64,000 bases of DNA. Origin: Balanoglossus misakiensis (lineage: Eukaryota > Animalia > Hemichordata). The translations under genes were made by a program, and so were the position numbers. Position 1 is the stretch's first letter. Each line of letters begins with the position of its first letter. Where the stretch lies: positions 8,576,425 to 8,640,424 of the forward strand of contig CM082582.2 in the NCBI GenBank assembly GCA_040954595.2. Direction: 5' to 3'. Below, in pieces: positions 59,817 to 64,000 of the stretch. The notes below the pieces were generated by a model, which made no database searches, was not told the origin of the DNA, and saw only the letters and a program-made list of their open reading frames with translations.

Positions 59817-62800
59817 GGCATGCAAGCAATGTATCAGGTTCAATGGATACTTAATACAATTACATTTCTGGGCAGTTAATATTTACGACAATCCTCTGTA
59901 TACACAATTACGCGTCGTAAGGTTCACGGCACGCCGGAATTTGCATGAAACCACAGTAATACATAGATGCCGTCAAAGGGTGGAAGAAAAGTTTTAACTG
60001 TCATGGGATAACTACTGTTCTCGTATTCCCGGGCCAACCGTTCGGAACGGTGTAACAAATATGTCGTAAAAGGTCACCTCAAAGCGTCATCAGGCCGGAG
60101 AAATAAGGCCGCGGTGTCGATACCTGTGCATTGTCCTTGAGTACGCGGGGAAGGGGGGGGGGGGCTTTCTCAACGCTGCGGGATGGCCATAATGAAATTA
60201 CTCCGAAGAATTCATCAAGACCTAAAAGAGATGCCGGTGGTATGGTTCACATGATGTATTTGATGGCAGTTGACGACGACGCGCTCATCTTGCATGTGAC
60301 CATGTACTGCGCGCATCATGCAGATGTGCACCGCGTGCACTGCCCCGGTGATAGTACACTTGAACTTGAAAAGTCGCATAGTGCAACGCCAAAAACATCC
60401 CCAACTATGTCCCAAAGTGTGACCATACTATAAATCTGACGCTTCTTTTTAACAGCTGAACACGGACACCTGTTGATTGCAAGGAAGACCGACAGACGAA
60501 GAAGAACGCGGCAGTATTTCAGAGACTATGCCGCGGCGTTATGTGTCCCCACAACGGCTCCATCGGGCCGGGGCGTTCCACTGGCACAACTTCGACCAAA
60601 CCTGCCTTCCCATGCATGCGCTGACCACCCTATGCCCCGCTGCCCCCAGTTTAACAGGTGACCTGTTCCACTTCCGCTGGAAAAGAAAAAAAATCATTTG
60701 TCCTTGTCTCTCTTTTTACTCCCCTGTTTTGATGAGTGTGCGAAAGACCATGCGGACCAATTACAGTTAGATTTTTATTTGTTTTCTTGAGTGCCATGAC
60801 CCCAGCGGCGGAAGTTTTGGGGCGGATAACTTAACAGGTCTTGTGTGAGACTTAGCGTGCACCTGCCGGATTCCGTTGACAAATTTTCAATGAAGTTTTC
60901 AGCTCGGACATAAAACGTAATTATCCGCAGTAACGTCCGGCCAAGCGTTACGATACCTTCTTAATGCGCATCCCCACCAAACAACCACGCGGTCAACAAT
61001 GCAGTGCCCCCCACTTCCCCACGCGGTGCGAAAAGGGAACACAGCGGTGTTTTTCAGACAACGTCCATCGGAATGCCAAGCGGACGGAGTGACATTGAAG
61101 GCCACGGCTGACGTCCACTGTCACGGGCGCCGGAGTTTCCCACCTGTCCCGCTGGCCGGCCGGGAACTGTCGCGTGCTATGCCTCTCGGCCAGCTATCAA
61201 TCAACTTTACATCTCTGTCTCCGACTCTATCTTCTTCAGATTTTCCCACGACCCTACCGGACGACGCCATCGACGATTTATCGGTTTCAGCCTCACGGCG
61301 ATAGGGCGCCGTTCTTTTCCCACGAACCCCAGCCGGGGCAAATTGGGATAGACAAAAAAAAAGAAAAGAAAAAAAGAAACGGTACTTCGAAATTTACACA
61401 GCGTCTAAAAAACCGTGACTAATGAATTAGAAACGGTGAGAGTTTAATGGTCGCGTTTATTAGTGGCGTTCGGACACCGTTTGGAAATCTAAAGTGAACT
61501 GCCAGGGCCCGGGTGTTGATTTAGTGACTTTTGGCCCACGTTATCGATGGGTTTGTGCAACCGAACAATCAAATATCGACGTGAGAGAGCTTGTATGAAA
61601 AGGACACCATTTGTCATCTGGTGGTGATACTGTTTGTGTATCCTGTTGACGACGATGTAAGGTGTTGAAAGCACGTATGGCACTTTTCGCGTCGCACTGC
61701 TACGAGAATGCATGGGGAAAGAGTTCTTTCATGTCGAACAGGTGGGCTAGCCTAGCATATTGTCGCACTTGTTTGCCAGGAGTCGACCCCAGCGAAACTA
61801 CCCGCATACATCAGATACATCAAACCGAACAGCGTTTTGCATCTGAGGAAAATTACATTGATTTGTTCTTGTTCCAAACTCCAAGCTCAATCAGAGAAAC
61901 TTAAGAAATCAATTTTGATTGCACTCTCCGTTTAATCGACCCTGAACTCTAAAGGCCAACGTTTCCTGGGCTTAGCCTTTTGTCGTTGACGTCCCGTATT
62001 ATACAAACTATTTGCACAGGGTACAGTAAAAATTTCTGAACGCTACACTACCGTATTATAGCTGCGGGCGGACCGTATAGAGAGGAGACCCGGTGCTTCA
62101 ACCTCTTAATTGTGGTGTCACACCACCGTCACAGATGAGAGCACTACTGCACAGCGCCCTCTACGAGTGGCCATGAGGGTTCACACGCGCGATCCTCGAC
62201 GCGCGCGACGAGCCGCGGCAGCTGGTTGCTGAAGGGCAGGTGTGTTGGAATGCGAGCTTCAGAACGTCGAAATTCCCGCGCCGACTCCCCCTCTCTCTCG
62301 CAAATGCACCCTTTTTCTTTTTTAATGAAAACAGTATTCAGCAAACGATTGTGTATACGTACGCTCTACACAGCCGACATTCAGGGCACCACCTCCGGGT
62401 GTTGGTATGTTGTATTTGCGCCATTCACGCGGATTTTAAATAACAAACTCGCTTTGTTGGCGCAACGACAGGTGCCCTACAAGAAATTGAAGCTATTCGA
62501 CATCGCTCGGCGAACGGGGCAGCTGGCTAGACCTCTTATATAAAAGAACGACAACGAACTGCCAACAAGAATCTTTCCAGACAAAACAGCAGATGCGGGG
62601 ATCCCATTTTCCTTCCGAAAAAATCACGCCGATTGTACTTTCACCGCGTCAGTTGTCCACTCTTTTTAAAAAAAAAACATGATCGATTTCAAAAGAAACG
62701 TCCGATCTGAAAGAGTTCGAGACCCCCATCCAAAAAGAAAACGAAATGGTTCTGCACTTTTGAGAGACACAATGATTCTTCGGAAGTTGGAGATCTCCCT

Positions 62801-64000
62801 CCGACGGAGGGTCAACACCCCGAAATCAAACATTAGCGGCTCACGCCACGAATAGAAACGGACACCGCACAGAAAAGAAATTGAAACTCTCCGCTTATCC
62901 TGATCGCTGGACGTCTACGGATGTGCAGTTATGTATTTAATGAAAGGTTCTGGCCTTTTCAGCGAGCACGGAGCGCCCGAGGGGGGTAGCCTCGACTATA
63001 GTGTTAGCTCTAAACGGGAGGTAGCTAGCTGACGACTGCTTCTGGGAGTTTCACAATGAAGCCAGCACAATGGCCCATACAAAACCGTTGGTTTCAAGAC
63101 CCCTTTTCATGGGTGGGGACAAAAGCTGACCCTAACTGGCTACACAAGCAGAGGATTACGTGTGAATAGAGTTCCGTTAAATGCCGTGCGATGCAATGCT
63201 AGAATGACGCTCATCACTGGCTGTAAACACATCCTTTCGCATTTTTTTTTGTTTTTGTTTTAATAAAAATAATATTTTCTATTGTCTAAAATAGCCGATC
63301 ATGAGCAAGGTACTTTTGTTATATATACGATGACGGTTGCTAGGGCGTGTATGTTATTCGATAAGTAGACAAACAGCAGGTTTTAGGATTAGACTATTAA
63401 GTTGTCTGTAATGGAAGCGTTAAGAGTTTCGACTAACATCGAACGTAGGGATCTTGTGTGGAAGGGGAAGGAAAATAACCTGACACCCACAAAAGCCACG
63501 TTTATTAAGATCGTGTTGGTATAATCTGGGTGCTTTCGACGCCATGCAAACTAGCGCCACTGTTGTCCCGATCGCATTAAACGATGAATAGGGCACTAGA
63601 AATGGAGATTACGTCCGAAGACTGCTTTTAATACACGCCTCTCCCCCCCCCCCTGCCTCGCAACCCCCCTCCCTCGGCCCATGACGACCCGAGACACACG
63701 CGCGACTGGTCACGACACCTATACGTGCACCCCGCGCAGTTGAGTCTCAGACACAGGTGAGGCGTTAACCCAGTTGTGAACGGTGTAGATTCAATCAGTC
63801 TATCCCCGCAAGGTGACCACCACCACACACACACACTAATAACTTCGCGCCGTCCGAACTTCCACCTGCAGTGGTCCCTTGCTTGGCTGTCCCAGCTGTC
63901 TGTTAATTCACCCACCGACAAATGCCCTTTGTGGGTGGGTAAATAAAAGACGGGCGTCTTTTCTCCCCCAAGTAGCCACTCCAACAAAACAACGGCAGGT

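Noticed and set aside
54534-63987. Many 60-183 aa ORFs, e.g. 55658-56209
   Set aside because: No recognisable domains or consistent exon chain, and no transposase or reverse-transcriptase motifs. They are consistent with chance ORFs.

Overview
Intron-rich, gene-dense eukaryotic DNA. Gene content and protein style suggest a marine invertebrate, plausibly a deuterostome such as a hemichordate or echinoderm; this is inference only. I assembled spliced gene models by hand from GT-AG boundaries and reading frame. Gene order: TAF4 (first exon, minus, runs off the window start), CEP89 (+), two tandem paralogous DEG/ENaC channel genes (+), an SLC7 LAT/b0,+AT-type amino-acid transporter (+), dysbindin DTNBP1 (-), TEX11 (-) and tyrosine aminotransferase TAT (+). 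About 10 kb of CpG-rich sequence with no credible gene follows. The standout is the channel pair. Each gene has 21 coding exons (about 929 and 940 aa) and encodes a complete DEG/ENaC subunit with nine LDL-receptor class A (LDLa) modules inserted in the extracellular finger domain, one symmetric phase-1 exon per module. Further features of the pair: the first LDLa exon is near-identical between otherwise diverged paralogues, paralogue B has an acidic (SG)5 glycosaminoglycan-type motif, and a perfect RFX X-box lies upstream of B. The window also holds several small palindromic insertions flanked by exact 9-bp direct repeats. I recognised no tRNA, rRNA or CRISPR features.
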